DNA from: Takakia lepidozioides
Lineage: Eukaryota > Plantae > Bryophyta
Assembly (NCBI GenBank): GCA_030704615.1
Contig: CM060731.1
Coordinates: 35,092,001-35,156,000, forward strand
Direction of reading: 5' to 3'
Length of the DNA stretch: 64,000 nucleotides
Shown: piece by piece, positions 12,977-25,790 of the stretch
How the letters are laid out: every line of letters begins with the position of its first letter
How positions within the stretch are numbered: the first letter of the stretch is position 1
Notes under the pieces: model-generated
Databases searched by the model: none
Told to the model about the DNA's origin: nothing
Seen by the model: the letters and a program-made list of their open reading frames with translations, nothing else
Position numbers and translations under genes: made by a program

Positions 12977-15148
12977 TCACCAGTAATCCCCACAAGAACA
13001 CAACCCACCTTGGAAGTGGTGAAAGCGGCTGGCATCCCGTACAACCACTGCTCGCTCGACAATCTTCGAGATCAACTTTGTGGCATTGTGGCAGTCACCA
13101 CAAACCCGAAGGCTCTTGATTACATGGATTGGCATCCCAGTGGGTGTGTTGATGAGCCCGAAAGCAATTGCAAGCTTCTCCCTATGGTGGCAAAGAGACA
13201 GTTCCTTTTGCTCCTCCTCCAAGTCATGCAAAACAAAGCGCGTGTCAGGTACATACCCAGCCTCTTCCATCCGACCAGACAATCCTCAGCTGCACCCTGG
13301 CTCCTTTCTGACACCTCTTTCCTCCATCATTTTTCTCACCTTTGCTGTATCATCCCACCTGCCAGCCACAGCATAGATGTTCGATAGCAGCACGTAAGCT
13401 GAAGGGTTCTGTGGATCACTCTCGAGAACGTTTTTGGCTGCACGTTCTGCTACTTCCACACAGCCATGAATTCTGCAGGCAGCAAGCAAGGCCCTCCACA
13501 CCCCAGCATCTGGTTTGATTGCCATTTGGTTAACCAAATCCTCAGCCTCATCCACTCTCCCTGCACGGCCAAGAAGGTCCACCCTGCAACCAAAATGCTC
13601 CAATGCAGGAGCGAGGCCATGATCTTCACTCATAGAATGTACTCATAAGACGTTGTTTGCCGTAGCCTTGTGGCCATTGACCCCGCGCCCAGTTTGAGCG
13701 GAAACAAAAGGGACAGAACCTACCTCTGTCAGGGGCTGACATTGGTAGTAAGACTTACCTTCATACATAGAATTGATCCGGGTTTTAGATATCCTCTAGA
13801 AATCCCTTCACACAAGCATCAATCTGCTGTGTGTGATTTGCCCAAAAACTAGGCCTCAGAAGGGCCTGGGCTTTTGGCTCAGCCTCGAGACTTTCAAAGT
13901 TGGTAAACAGAGGTACAGGCACAATTCCCTAGATAGATTTGAAGAGAGCGTCTCTTTTGGTGAGAGAACCCCGGACAGTGTATCAGAAAATGAATATTGT
14001 CTTCACTCATAGAATCAAAGTAGTGGCAGCCCTCATCCACTAGGCCCACATGGCTACATGCAGAAAGAAGAGATATAAAGGTGACACTGTCTGGCTTCAA
14101 GCCTTCCTGCTGCATTTGTTCAAATAGTTGGAGATTCCCTACAACACCCATGCTGACCAGATCCTGCAATCATCACATGAGACCAAAGCTCGTTCAGACA
14201 TACTGCTGAACACCTCCCATGCATCATTTACACTCCCACATTTGGAATACATGTTCACAAGGGCATTCTCCAAATTCATCTCTAACACAATTCCAGCTTT
14301 CATGATGTCAGCATGGACCCTCTTGCCCTTTTTCAGGGCTCCTAAGCTAGTGCATCCATTGAGCATGCAAATGAATGATATCCTATTGGGTTTCACTCCT
14401 TCGAGTTGCATTTGCTCATAGAGCTCAAAAAACTCCCTACCACACCCATGCTGGGCATATCCTGTAATCATGGCATTCCATGAGACCACATTGCGTTGAA
14501 CAATACCGTCAAACACTTGATGTGCTTCCTCCATGTTTGCACATTCGGCATACATGTCAGCAAGGGCAGTCTCCAGAATGATATTTGGTCCAATTCCAGC
14601 CTTTGTGATGTCAATGTGGATTCTTTCCCCTTCTCCAGAACTCTTAGAACTGTCCATGTAAACAGTGACCGTTCAGGCATTCTGTCAAACACATGGCATG
14701 CATCCATCACACTCCCACACTTCGCATACATGTTGATAAGGGTGCTCAAGAGGAAGATTTTTGGGTTGAAACCATTTCGTATAATGTGGGAGTGCACCTG
14801 TTTTCCCTCTGCAAGGTCATTCCTGTTGATGCACTCCTGCAAGAGACATACATAAAGTATTGGAGTCTGCCCTGCCTTGTCGGTTCAAGATGTGCAGTGC
14901 CTCTTCAGTTGACCTACCTTACATAATCTCCTCACATCCCCACGAGAACCAGGAGTGTTCTTTTTCACTCCCTCACTTGCTCCTCGGGGTGCTTCCAGTC
15001 TGCTGCCCAATGAATAACTGTGCCTGATCCAACGATGCCATCCTGCATGACTCAGAATTCTTAGTTGATCATCTTTATTCTCATTCATACACTCAACAGG
15101 CATAGTTAATCTCAACAATCTCTTCAATGAGGACAGGCTTCTTGCCAC
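12977..15148 (-). pseudogene. PLS-class PPR-E-DYW (C-to-U editing factor) pseudogene
   Basis: N-terminal presequence, P/L/S motifs, E1/E2, PG box (KEPGCS), DYW domain with HHREKLA, RVCGDCH and CSCGDYW-stop; several frameshifts, deletions and a LINE insert. Confidence 0.92.
13639..13999 (-). mobile_element. 361-bp RTEX-like LINE 3' fragment inserted in the PPR pseudogene, 16-bp direct repeat flanks
   Basis: tcttcactcatagaat at 13623-13638 and 14000-14015; insert matches ~62105-62470. Confidence 0.9.
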
Positions 15149-15544
15149 ATATTAACAGGTCCAAGACTTCTGCAGTCCTGCACTTAAAGATTAAACTGTA
15201 CCAGTTCCATCTGTTTGACTTGGAATCCATCACCAGATCGTTCTTGATCTGGTAACATGGCAGCTACCCTTGCTTTCATCCAAGAAGGGTTCACAATCCA
15301 AAGGACCTCATTTTTGTGCTTATGCCTGAAATATGGTGATCTTCGACTTCTTTGTGACAAAGGTGAGTGGAAATGTGAGCAGACATAGATTAACCACAGC
15401 CTTGCATGGGGAACTAAAGTAGAACTATCTTACAAACCTCATGGCATGCTCGTAACATCTGTCAAGGATGGAGAAGGTTTCCACCCAATCATGCAATATA
15501 AATCACCCCGTTGAGCCATATGCATGATTCAGCTCAAATCCTGT

Positions 15545-17756
15545 AGATTGCTACAATGCCCTGGCTGAGCACAAAATAAAAAGCATACTCCTGCAATCAA
15601 GGAGGTTTTGTTGATTGACATCCATGGGGACATAGGCCATTCAACTTACTATATTCACCAAATGGGATATGATGACCTGAGCAGGAGAACAGTAAGAAGC
15701 CATAAAAGAGGCACTGGTCATTACAAATTCCGAAGGGCATATGTGAAAAAGGGGGGCTTGTATCTGTAAACTCCACGTCGTACTATGGGGAGGGGCATGG
15801 TAGAAGGAAGAAGACCTGAAGATCTGATTAGGACCAATTTGCAATCCAGTTCCAGTGAATTGATTTGGTGATTGATGGGATGGCATTGACATCATACCAT
15901 AAAGTGGTTCCTTGATGTCATTAATGTTGATACCAGTTTTGATCTCTCAATGAAACACAGATGTTGTTGCACTGCCAGTGAGTGACAAATCTCAGAAGAG
16001 ATAGAGAGCCGAGGGAGGAAGAGGAACAGAAGGGGACAAGAGCTCCCGGCGGAGAGCTCTCAACAACAAGCTTTTAGTTACGATAAAGCTGAAACGAAGA
16101 AGTACCGCAAAATTTGTGGTGAACGCAGCGTCGAATAGAGCGGACGACATAGAGCTGTGAGCTGTTGGGGTTGGCTTTCTGTCGCAGGCCTGTGATGTAA
16201 CTTCAGTACAGTATTTTTTTCTTCCGCTCTCCTCCATTACGAGCAACCAAGAGCCTTCAGCATTACAGAAAGAAGGTGAGGAACCATGAGCGTAGAAATC
16301 AAGTACAGGAGAGGTCTTTTAAGTGAACAACAAGCACTAAGCAGGATTGTGAATGTGGTGAAATGGCTGACTGGAAAGGGAAGGTTTATGAATGTAGCGT
16401 TTGAAAGGAAGGGGGTACAAAAGATTGAAACTTCAGGTGAAAGAAGGCAAGCAGAGTCAGATTCACACTTTGACTGTAAGAGACAGTCTCTCAAAACCAA
16501 CATAATTTGATGGCGTACGAAGAATTCTGTCGGCAAAATGCTAACGAAGACAAAAGTGAGAAGGAGACGCGGGATTGGCCCGGTAACCTCAAAACTAAGC
16601 AGAAGTCTTTACAAATTGGTGCCTTCGCTATGCTAGGGTATGACGTCGAGATCAAAAAGAGGGAAAGCGCTACCAAATAGAAGCTCCAATGCAAGATGGA
16701 CAGCAATGCTCTCAACCTTGAATTCATCTCATCGGGAGCTTAAGGAAGGGATGCCAAACTTACCCCGAACAGCCACATTGGCTGCTTTGGAGCATGCTGA
16801 CATGCACTCCTTAAGCACCCCCACTTGAATGGATTGAAGAGACTTAGCCTGGTTGGAGTTATCAACCCATATTGCAGATCCGTACTCCAAGGCAGGTCTG
16901 ATAACGCGACAAGAGGAGAGAGAGAGAGAGAATAAGAGGTTTTAGTATTTCAGTTGAGCAGTAACAGTCAATGTTCACATCGATTCCTGCATTATCTCGG
17001 TAAATCTGTTTCTTTCTTTCAAGGCTCCCTTGCGATGTGACAACCATATGTGATCAATTTCAAGGATGAACACAGCATATTTTTTGTGGGTCATTGTAGC
17101 CATCAGCCAATGCTGGTCTGGATTCAAAGAGATTCTGCGTTTTATTTTGAGAATGGTGTCTTCGAATCTCAGGCTTGAGCCTTCGCTAAGGTTTGAAACC
17201 AATAATGCCATGCGACTTGTTCAATCCTGGGGCCAGAAATTGCATGCATTCTTTCCTCCATCGCGCTATGGTGCCCAAGACACTTTGTTTTGATTATTCA
17301 GGCCACCACTGCTTCAACACTGCCTCATTGCGGGTTCTATTCACGGCAATCTTGTGTTCGTCGCCTACCACCATTGGCACACTAATTAGCTGTGGGAGAC
17401 TCCGCCATCACCTTGCTCAACCATACAAGTTGCACACAAGCGCCAAATTAGTCCTAGACTGATCCCACCGGAAGATCTCTCTGTCTCTCTCTCTTTCATT
17501 ACGTATGAAATATGAAAATATATCAAGTCCTACAGTCTACTATGCGGACATGTACATATGGGGAGAGTGTTGTGACGGATTGTTCGGTACAACATGTCAA
17601 AGTTGATGCAGGTGCTGCATCTGATCAGGCTCTAAATTATCTCTTGTAGTTCGTGATGGACATTGGTGATGGCCCTGAGCTATGGGAAAACTGAGTCAGG
17701 ATGCCGGTAGCGCTTGTGCATGCTTTGCCAGTGAATACCGCCAGACATAAACTCCT
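15545..17756. repeat. Duplicated module copy 1 (unknown gene fragment, spacer, LINE fragment, (GA)n, MTPSL 3' flank and 3' end)
   Basis: 15545-16910 aligns to ~60675-62090; 16240-17756 aligns to 41742-43264 at high identity. Confidence 0.9.
17632..17756 (-). pseudogene. 3' remnant (last ~41 codons) of MTPSL terpene synthase, fused to PPR sequence
   Basis: Matches 43140-43264 including the WQSMHKRYRHPDS coding sequence and TAG; switches to PPR at 17757. Confidence 0.9.
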
Positions 17757-20040
17757 ACATGGAACGCCATGCTTGCAGGGTATGCAGAGCAGGGGCGCGG
17801 GATGGAGGCCTTGGACCATACCTATGAGCAAATTATGGGGGAAGGGGTGAAATGCAACCACATCACGTTTGTGAGCGTTTGCAATGCTTGTGCAAGCCTG
17901 GCAGCCCTGGAAAAGGGCAAAGAGGTCCATGAGGGGGGAAGGGGGGAAGCCCGACCACATCACGTTTGTGTGCATTTGTAATGCGTGTGCAAGCCACATT
18001 CATTTGTGTTCTCAATGTTGGTGCCAACATGGTGGCCCTGGAGAAGGGCAAAGATATCCATGCTGACATTATCAAAGCTGGAATTTCGTCATACATTAAT
18101 TGGGAGACTGCCCTTGTTAACATGTATACCAAATATGGGAGTGTAAGGGAGGCCTGTCTAGTGTTCAACAATATGGTGGCAGGATATACCAAGCATGGTT
18201 GTGGTAGGAATACCTTCGAGACATATGATCAACTGATAGAGCAAGGGGTGATGCCCGATCAGGTCACATTTGTTTGCATTCTCAAGGCTTGTGCGAGACT
18301 GGCAGCCCTGGAAAACGATAAAGAGGTCCATGCTGACATATGAAAGCTGGACTTGTACCAAATCTGATTTTGAACAATAGCCTTGTTGACATGTATGCGA
18401 AATGCGGGAGCATGAAGGTTGCAAAGAGAGTATTTGACAACATGGCTGAACTGGATGTGGTGTCGTGGAATGCGATGATCACAGGATATGCCCAACATGG
18501 GTGTGGGATGGAGGCTTTGGGGACCTATGAGCAAAAGATGTGGAAGCATTCAACAGAATGCCTCAACGATCTTGATCACGTGGAATATAATGTTGGCAGG
18601 ATTTACCAAGCATGGGTGTGGTAGGAATGCTTTTGAAACCTATGAGCAGATTCTGCGCAAAGGGGTTAAGCCCAACCACATCAGATTTGTTTGTGTTTGC
18701 AATGCGTGTGCAAGCCTGGCAGCCCTGGAAAAGGGCAAAGAGGTGCATGGTTGCATCGCCAAAGCTGGAATTGTACCAGATGTGATTCTGAACACTGCCC
18801 TGCTGGACATGTATGTGAAATGTGAGTGCATCGAGGATGCAAAGGGAGTTTTCGACAGTATGGCTGAAGGAGATGTGGTGTCGTAGAGGGCGCTGATTGC
18901 AGAATATGCACAGCAGGGATGCGGGATGGAGGCTTTGGAGACCTATGAGCAAATGATGTGCGACGGGGTGAAGCCCGACCACATCACGTTTGTGTGCGTG
19001 TGCAAGCCTGGCAACCCTGGAAAAGGGCGAAGAGGTGCATGGCAACATCGTCAGAGCTGGAATTGTACCAGATATGATCCTGAACTCTGCCCTGGTGGAC
19101 ATGTATGCCAAATGTGGGTGCATAGAGGATGCAAAGGGAGTGTTCGACAATATGGCTGAATGAGATGTGGTGTCGTGGAATGCAATGATCGCAGGATATG
19201 CACAGCATGGTTGTCATAGGGAGGTCCTGCAACTAATTGAAGGAATGCAAAAGAACAGCTTGAAGTAGTATATGTTCTCTCTGCATGCAGTCACACTGGC
19301 CTTCTGAATGAAGGTAGACGCTACGTCGATTCCCTGATTCAAGATCATGGTGTCACTCCGACAGTATAGCACTTTGGCTGCATGGTGGACCTTCTTGGAC
19401 GTGCGGGACAACTGGATGAGGCAGTGGACCTGATTAATGGAAGGCCTTGTTTAGTGCCTGCAAAATCCATGACAATGTAGAGATGGCTCAACATGTGGCA
19501 ACATCTATCCTCAAGTGGAATGAACAGGATGCCGCGACTTATGTTGCTATCAAACATCTATGCTGCAGCTGGCAGGTGGGTTGATACTGTAAAGGTGAGA
19601 AGAATGATGAAGGTCAGAGGGGTTGAAAAGGAGCCAGGTTGCTGTTGCATTGAGGTTTGCAACAGGGTGCACACCTTCGTTGTAGATGACAAGTTGCATC
19701 CCAGAATTAAGGAAATCCATGCTGAGCTGAGAAGATTGTCTGGGAAGATGAAGGAGGCGGGGTATGTGCCTGACAGGCGCTTTGTATTGCATGATGTGGG
19801 GAGGAGGAAAAGGAATTTTCTCTTTGCCACCATAGTGAGAAGCTGGCCATTGGTTTTGGGCTGATCCGCATGACCCCTAGGACGCCTCTCCATCTCATCA
19901 AGAATCTTCGAGTGTGTGGTGACTGCCACACCTCCACCAAATTCATCTCAAAGATTGTTGGCCGAGCAATTGTTGTACGGGACGCTAACCGCTTTCACCA
20001 CTTTGAAAATGGGATTTGTTCTTGTGGTGATTACTGGTGA
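17757..20040 (+). pseudogene. Mosaic PPR-PLS-E-DYW pseudogene
   Basis: Repeated P-L-S triplets, E motifs, KEPGCC PG box, [23 protein letters not shown]-stop at 20040; many indels and stops. Confidence 0.9.
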
Positions 20041-20169
20041 AAGGATGTCTTCTTGGAAAGATGGGGAGGTTTTTTTCAGGATTAAGACCACAGCCACACT
20101 TTGAAAGCTGATGTATGCATACTACGACCGTCGATCAGTTGATCCCAGCTCTATTGCCTTCCTTTTCAC

Positions 20170-21680
20170 TCATATGTCTCCAAAGCCTCCCTACCAACTC
20201 CATGTTGGGCATATCCTGAAATCATTGCACTCCAGGAGAGCACATCTCGTTCAGCCACCGGGCTGGCACATGCATTGAGAACGCACACAACCGTTACCTG
20301 GTTGGGCATAACCCCTTTCTGTTTTGCTCATAGATCTCCAAAGCCTTTTTACCACATCCAAGCTGAGCATATCCTCCGATCATCGCACTCCATGAGACCA
20401 CATTTTGTCGAGCCATATTGTCAAACACTAGATGCACATCTGTCATGTTCCCAAATTTGGCATAATGTTGGCAAGGGCAGTTTCCAGGACGATATTTGGC
20501 TCAATTCTGGCTTTGATAATATCAGTATGGATCTTTTTGCCCTTTTCCAGGTCTGCTAGGTTGGCTCATGCATCGAGAACGGAAAATCCAAGCACCATGT
20601 GTTTGGAAGTTGGCAATTAGGTGTGGCTTCAAATGTGTGGAAAACATGTCCAATAATGCACAAGCTACTAATATTGTGATAAACTGTCCACTCATCTGAG
20701 CAGCTATAAAAGACAAGCCAATATGAGCACTCCTTACCCATTGGATCATAGTGTGGCCCGCATCCTTAAAGAAATCTCCGCTTTCCTGTGAGAATCTCCA
20801 GGAGCACCACACCAAAGCTGTACAAGATGAAAAACCTTACATTATGAAACCACCATTGTGAAGCATCTGAGAAAAACTCTAGCCAGAGCTATTTGTTGCT
20901 CATTGCTTGATCTGCGTGCAGACACTACAAGAGCATGCGAGCTCTGTCATTTCCCTTACTCCGAGGAAAATCCTGGTAGGCATTACCCCCTAAACACATT
21001 TTATTCAGCCGTATTCTCAAACACATCAGGCACATACCAGCCTCCTTCATCTGCCCAGACAATCTGCTCAGCGCAGCATGGATTTCCTCAATCTGTGGAT
21101 GCATTTTGTCATCCACAATGAATGTATGCACTTCGGTGTTGACCTCAATGTAGCTGCAACCTGGCTCCTTCTGCACACCTCTGGCCTTCATCATTTTCCA
21201 AACTGATGTGGCATCGTCCCACCTGCCAGCTGCAGCATGGATGTCTGATAGCAACACATAAGTTGCGGCATCTTGTTCATCCCACTTGAGGATAGATGTT
21301 GCCACACGTTCAGCCATCTCCACATTGCCATGGATTCTGCAGGCACCAAGCAAGGCCTTCCACACCACAACATCAGGATTGATTGGCATTTTATTAATCA
21401 GGTCCACTGCCTCATCCAATTGTCCTACACGTTCAAGAAGGTCCACCATGCAGCCAAAGTGCTTTACTGTTGGAGTAACACCATGATCTTGACTCAGGGA
21501 ATCGAAGTAGTGTCTTCCTTCATTCAGTAGGCCAGTGTGGCTGCATGCAGAGAGAACACATATAAAGGTGATATTGTCCGGCTTCAAGCCGTTCTTTTAC
21601 ATTCCTTCAAATAGTTGCAGGACCTCCCTATGACAACCATGCTGGGCATATCCTGCGATCACCCACGACACCACATTTTG
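20170..21680 (-). pseudogene. PPR fragments (PLS, then L2-S2-E1-E2-E+ without DYW)
   Basis: ORF 20925-21587 ITFICVLSACSHTG...HFGCMVDLL...YVLLSDIH...KEPGCS. Confidence 0.88.
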
Positions 21681-21899
21681 TTGGATCGCCAATTTTTACT
21701 CAGGCGAGGAGAAGCTGTGGAATGAATACTTTTCTGACCCCTGTTAATGGTGGGACAATCGAGGCAAAAAGGTAAATGCCTGTTGGATAACAGAGAGTAG
21801 CAGATGCAATTGAGCATATGAACTAGTATGATAAGTTGAGTTGGGTGTTTCCTAGAACAAATCTAGGCTATCATTGTCGGCTGCTAGCAGCAAAGCAAG

Positions 21900-24300
21900 G
21901 ATGTATGCATGAGTGGTCGAGCAAAGGGAGTCTTTCATAATGTGGTTGAATGAAATGTGGTGTCATGGAATGCGATGATCGCAGGATATGCCCAGCATGG
22001 TTGTCAAGGTCCTGCAGCTATTTGAAGGAATGCGAAAGAACGGCTTGAAGTCGGACAATATCACCTTTATATGTGTTCTCTCTGCATGCAGCCGCACTGG
22101 CCTACTGAAATCCAGATGTTGTGGTCTGGAAGGCCTTGCTTGGTGCCTGCAAAATCCATGGCAATGTGGAGATAGCGCAACTTATGTGTTGCTATCAAAC
22201 ATCTATGCCGCACAGGCAGGTGGGATGACACTGCAAAGGTGAGAAGAATGATCACGGTCAGAGGGGGTTACAAAGGAGCCAGGAGCCAGGTCGCTACTGC
22301 ATTGAGGTTGGCAATAGGGTGCACACCTTCGTTGTAGATGACAAGTTGCATCCCAGAATTAAGGAAATCCATGCTGAGCTGAGAAGATTGTCTGGGTGGA
22401 ATGACTTTGACAAGTAACTGCCAATGTGGCAGCAGGAAAGTATCCAAAAACAGATAACATTGTTCAACAATGTGGCTGAATGAACTGTGGTGCCGCGGAA
22501 CGCCATGCTTATGCACAACAGGGGCGTGGGATGGAGGCTTTGGAGACCTATGAATAAATGATGGTGGAAGGGGTGAAGCCCGACCACATCACGTCTATGC
22601 TTTTGCAAGCCTGGCAGCCCTGGAAAAGGGCAAAGAGGTGCATGGTTGCATCGCGAAAGCAGGAATTGTACCAGATGTGATTCTGAACAATACCCTCGTG
22701 GACATGTATGCCAAATGTAGGAGGCATCTCAGCAGATTCAGATACATTTGTCTGTCTCTTGCTTAAGTGCATCAAGATGAAAGGTCTGGAAGCTGGAAAA
22801 CAGGTGCACACTCACATTATCCAAAGTGGATTCACGCCAAGTGTTTTTCTCCTCAAGACCCCTTGTCAACATGTCAAACCTGGGAGCTCTGGAAAAGGGG
22901 AAAAAGGTCCATGGTGACATCGTCAAAGCTGGAATTGTACCAGATATTCTGAACACTGCCCTGGTGGACATGTATGCCAAATGTGGGTGCATTAAGGATG
23001 CGAAGGGAGTTTTCAACACTATGGCTGAACGAGATGTGGTGTCATGGAAGACGATGCTTGCAGGGTATGCACAGCAAGGACGTGGTATGAAGGCTTTGGA
23101 GACGTATGATCAAATGATGGGGGAAGGGGTGAAGCCCGACCACATCACATTTGTGTGCATTTGCGATGCGTGTGCAAGCCTGGCAGCTCTGGATAAGGGC
23201 GAAAGAAGTCCATGGTGACATTGTCAGAGCTGCAATTGTACCGAGTGTCATTCTGAACAATACCCTCGTGGACATGTATGAAGGGAGTGTTTGACAGTAT
23301 GGCTGAATGAAGATGTGGTGTCGTGGAGTGCGATGATTGCAAGATATGCACACCAAGGGCGCGGGATGGAGGCTTTGGAGGACCTCTGAGCAAATGGTGT
23401 GCGAAGGGGTGAAGCGCAACCGCATAATGTTTGTTTGCATTGGCAGTGCGTGTGCAAGCCTGGCAGCCCTGGAAAGGTGCAAAGAGGTCCATGGTGACAT
23501 CGTCAAATCTGGAATTGTACCCGATGTCATTCTGAACACTGCCCTGCTGGACATGTATGTCAAATGTGAGTGCATCGAGGATGCAAAGGGAGTGTTCGAC
23601 AGTACGGCTGAATGAGATGTGGTGTTGTGGAGTGCGATGATTGCAGGATATGCACAACAAGGATGCGGGATGGAGGCTTTGGAGACCTATGAGCAATTGA
23701 TGTGCGAAGGGGTGAAGCCTAACCGCAACATATTTGTTTGTGTTTGCAATGCGTGTGCAAGCCTAGGAGGTCTGGAAAAGGGGAAAGAGGTCCATGGTGA
23801 CATCGTCAAAGCTGGAATTGTACCAGATGTCATCCTGAACACTGCCCTAGTGGACATGTATGCCAAATGTGGGTGCATGAAGGATGCGAAGGGAGTTTTC
23901 AAATGGCTGAACAAGATGTGGTGTCGTGGAACACGATGCTTGCAAGGTATGCACAGCAGGGGTGTGGGATGGAGGCTTTGGAGACCTATGAGCAAATGAT
24001 GGGGGAAGGGGTGAAGCCCGACCACATCACGTTTGTGTGCGTTTGCAATGCGTGTGCAAGCCTGGCAGCCGTGGTAAAGGGCAAAGAGGTGCATGGTTGC
24101 ATCGCCAAAGCTAGAACTGTACTAGGTGTGATCCTGAACACTGCCTTGGTGGACATGTATGCCAAATGTGGGAGCATTGAGGATGCAGAGGGAGTGTTCA
24201 ACAATATGGCTGAATGAGATTTGTTGTCGTGGAACGTGATGCTTGCAGGATATGCACAGCAGGGCGTGGGATGGAGGACTTGGAGACCTATGAGCAAATG
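21900..24300 (+). pseudogene. Scrambled PPR fragments (E remnants, then PLS triplets)
   Basis: Triplets VVSWxAMxAGYAQQG / HITFVCVCNACASLAALEKGKEVH / VILNTALVDMYAKCG broken by deletions. Confidence 0.9.
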
Positions 24301-25350
24301 CATTGCAAACACAAACAAACATGATGTGGTTGGAGCTTCACCCCTTCGCGCATCATTTGCTCAAGCATCCCATGCTTGGTAAATCCTGCCAACATTATAT
24401 TTCACGTGATCAAAGATGGTTGAGGCATTTTGTTGAACACTTGGTGAGCATCCATGATGCTCCCACACTTAACATACATGTTGACAAGGGTGTTGAGTAG
24501 AAAAACGTTTGGCGTGAATCCACTTTGGATAATGTGAGTGTGCACCTGCTTTCCAGCTTCCAGGCCTTTCATCTTGATGCACTTATGCAAGAGAAAGACA
24601 GACGTATCTGAATCTGCTGAAATGCCTCCTTGGTTTAAAGTCTGTAGAGCCTCTTTCAGTCTGCCTGCCTCACAAAGCATCTTCACATGTCCAGAAGTGC
24701 CAGAAGAGGTATTCTGGACTCCCTCTCTTGATCCTCTACTAGAAGTTGTGGTCATGGTGCCTGATTTTATCAGCTGTGCCACTGCAGTTGTTGCCTTTAG
24801 TTGACCCTATATGGTTTCCTAGGTTCCCTGGCCACGTGCCCTATAATTCCTAGGATTTCAGTTGTGTGTACCCATGCAGGCTTCTTGTAGCTGTTGATCC
24901 ACAGAGAATTATAGGTAATCTTGTGCTTGAAATCTGGACCTCTTGGATGAATCTGGACCCACATTCTATCCCTGCTTCAGCCATCCATGCCTCTGCACAA
25001 ATCATGCATTCATCCTTGCCTCACTGCTAGCAGCTGACAATGGCAGCCTAGATTTGTTCTAGGAAACACCCAGTTGACCATCTACCAATGCACGTTTTAG
25101 CTATCCGTCCATAGGGAATCATAGGTAATCTTGAGCTTGAAATCCGGCCCTCTTGGATGAATCTGGACCCAAACTCTATCCCTGCTCTGCACAAATCATG
25201 CATACATCCTTGCCTTGCCGCTAGAAGCTGACAGTGACAGCCTAGATTTGTTCTAGCAAACACCGCAACCCTAATTATCACACTAGTTCCTATGCTGACT
25301 TGCGGTTCCAACAGGCATTCACCTTTTTGCCTCGATTGTTCCACCCTTGA
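24300..25350 (-). pseudogene. Inverted 5' portion of the source PPR gene (N-terminus and first PPR motifs) with a ~210-bp upstream duplication
   Basis: VKMLCEAGRLKEAL...LLHKCIKMKGLEAGKQVH...LVNMYVKCGSIMDAHQVF; 24910-25060 resembles 25120-25260. Confidence 0.8.
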
Positions 25351-25569
25351 CTGTGGTCAGAAACACATTCATTCCAGAGCTTCTCCTCGCCACTGTTATC
25401 TGCTCTTCGACCCTTTCCTATTGCCACATTGGCAGTAACATGTGAAAATCACTCCAAAACCACCATAGATCCACCAACGAGCTAACTTGCAGAATTCAAC
25501 ATGAAAATTTAAGGACGACTCTGATTACAGGGAAAAACAGGCTGAAATGTGTTGGAGAAGGTGCCTCCA

Positions 25570-25790
25570 TTATACCCACATTGCCACCAATATCCTTTGA
25601 AGTGTCCAGGCCATCAATCACTTCTTGATTGTAGCCCAATGTATGCTTGAGATCAGCAGAGTAGAGAGAAAATACGTATGAAATTCCACCGCAGGCTTGC
25701 ATCCACATGCCAAGACACAACCCTAACCACTTGTCGTTCAGAAATTTCTTTGCCTCAACCCCCTCATTTCTCAAATAGGCTATCACCCAC
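25570..25790 (-). pseudogene. Captured fragment of an NFD4/nodulin-like MFS transporter (N-terminal helices)
   Basis: KWLGLCLGMWMQACGGISYVFSLYSADLKHTLGYNQEVIDGLDTSKDIGGNVGI. Confidence 0.8.

Noticed and set aside
16975-17211. Ubiquitin-like domain (DTILKIKRRISLNPDQHWL)
   Set aside because: Resemblance too short and gapped to support without a profile search
12977-20040. DYW:KP (U-to-C) type editing factors
   Set aside because: Domains have the canonical PG box, HxEKLA, CxxCH and DYW end of C-to-U editors
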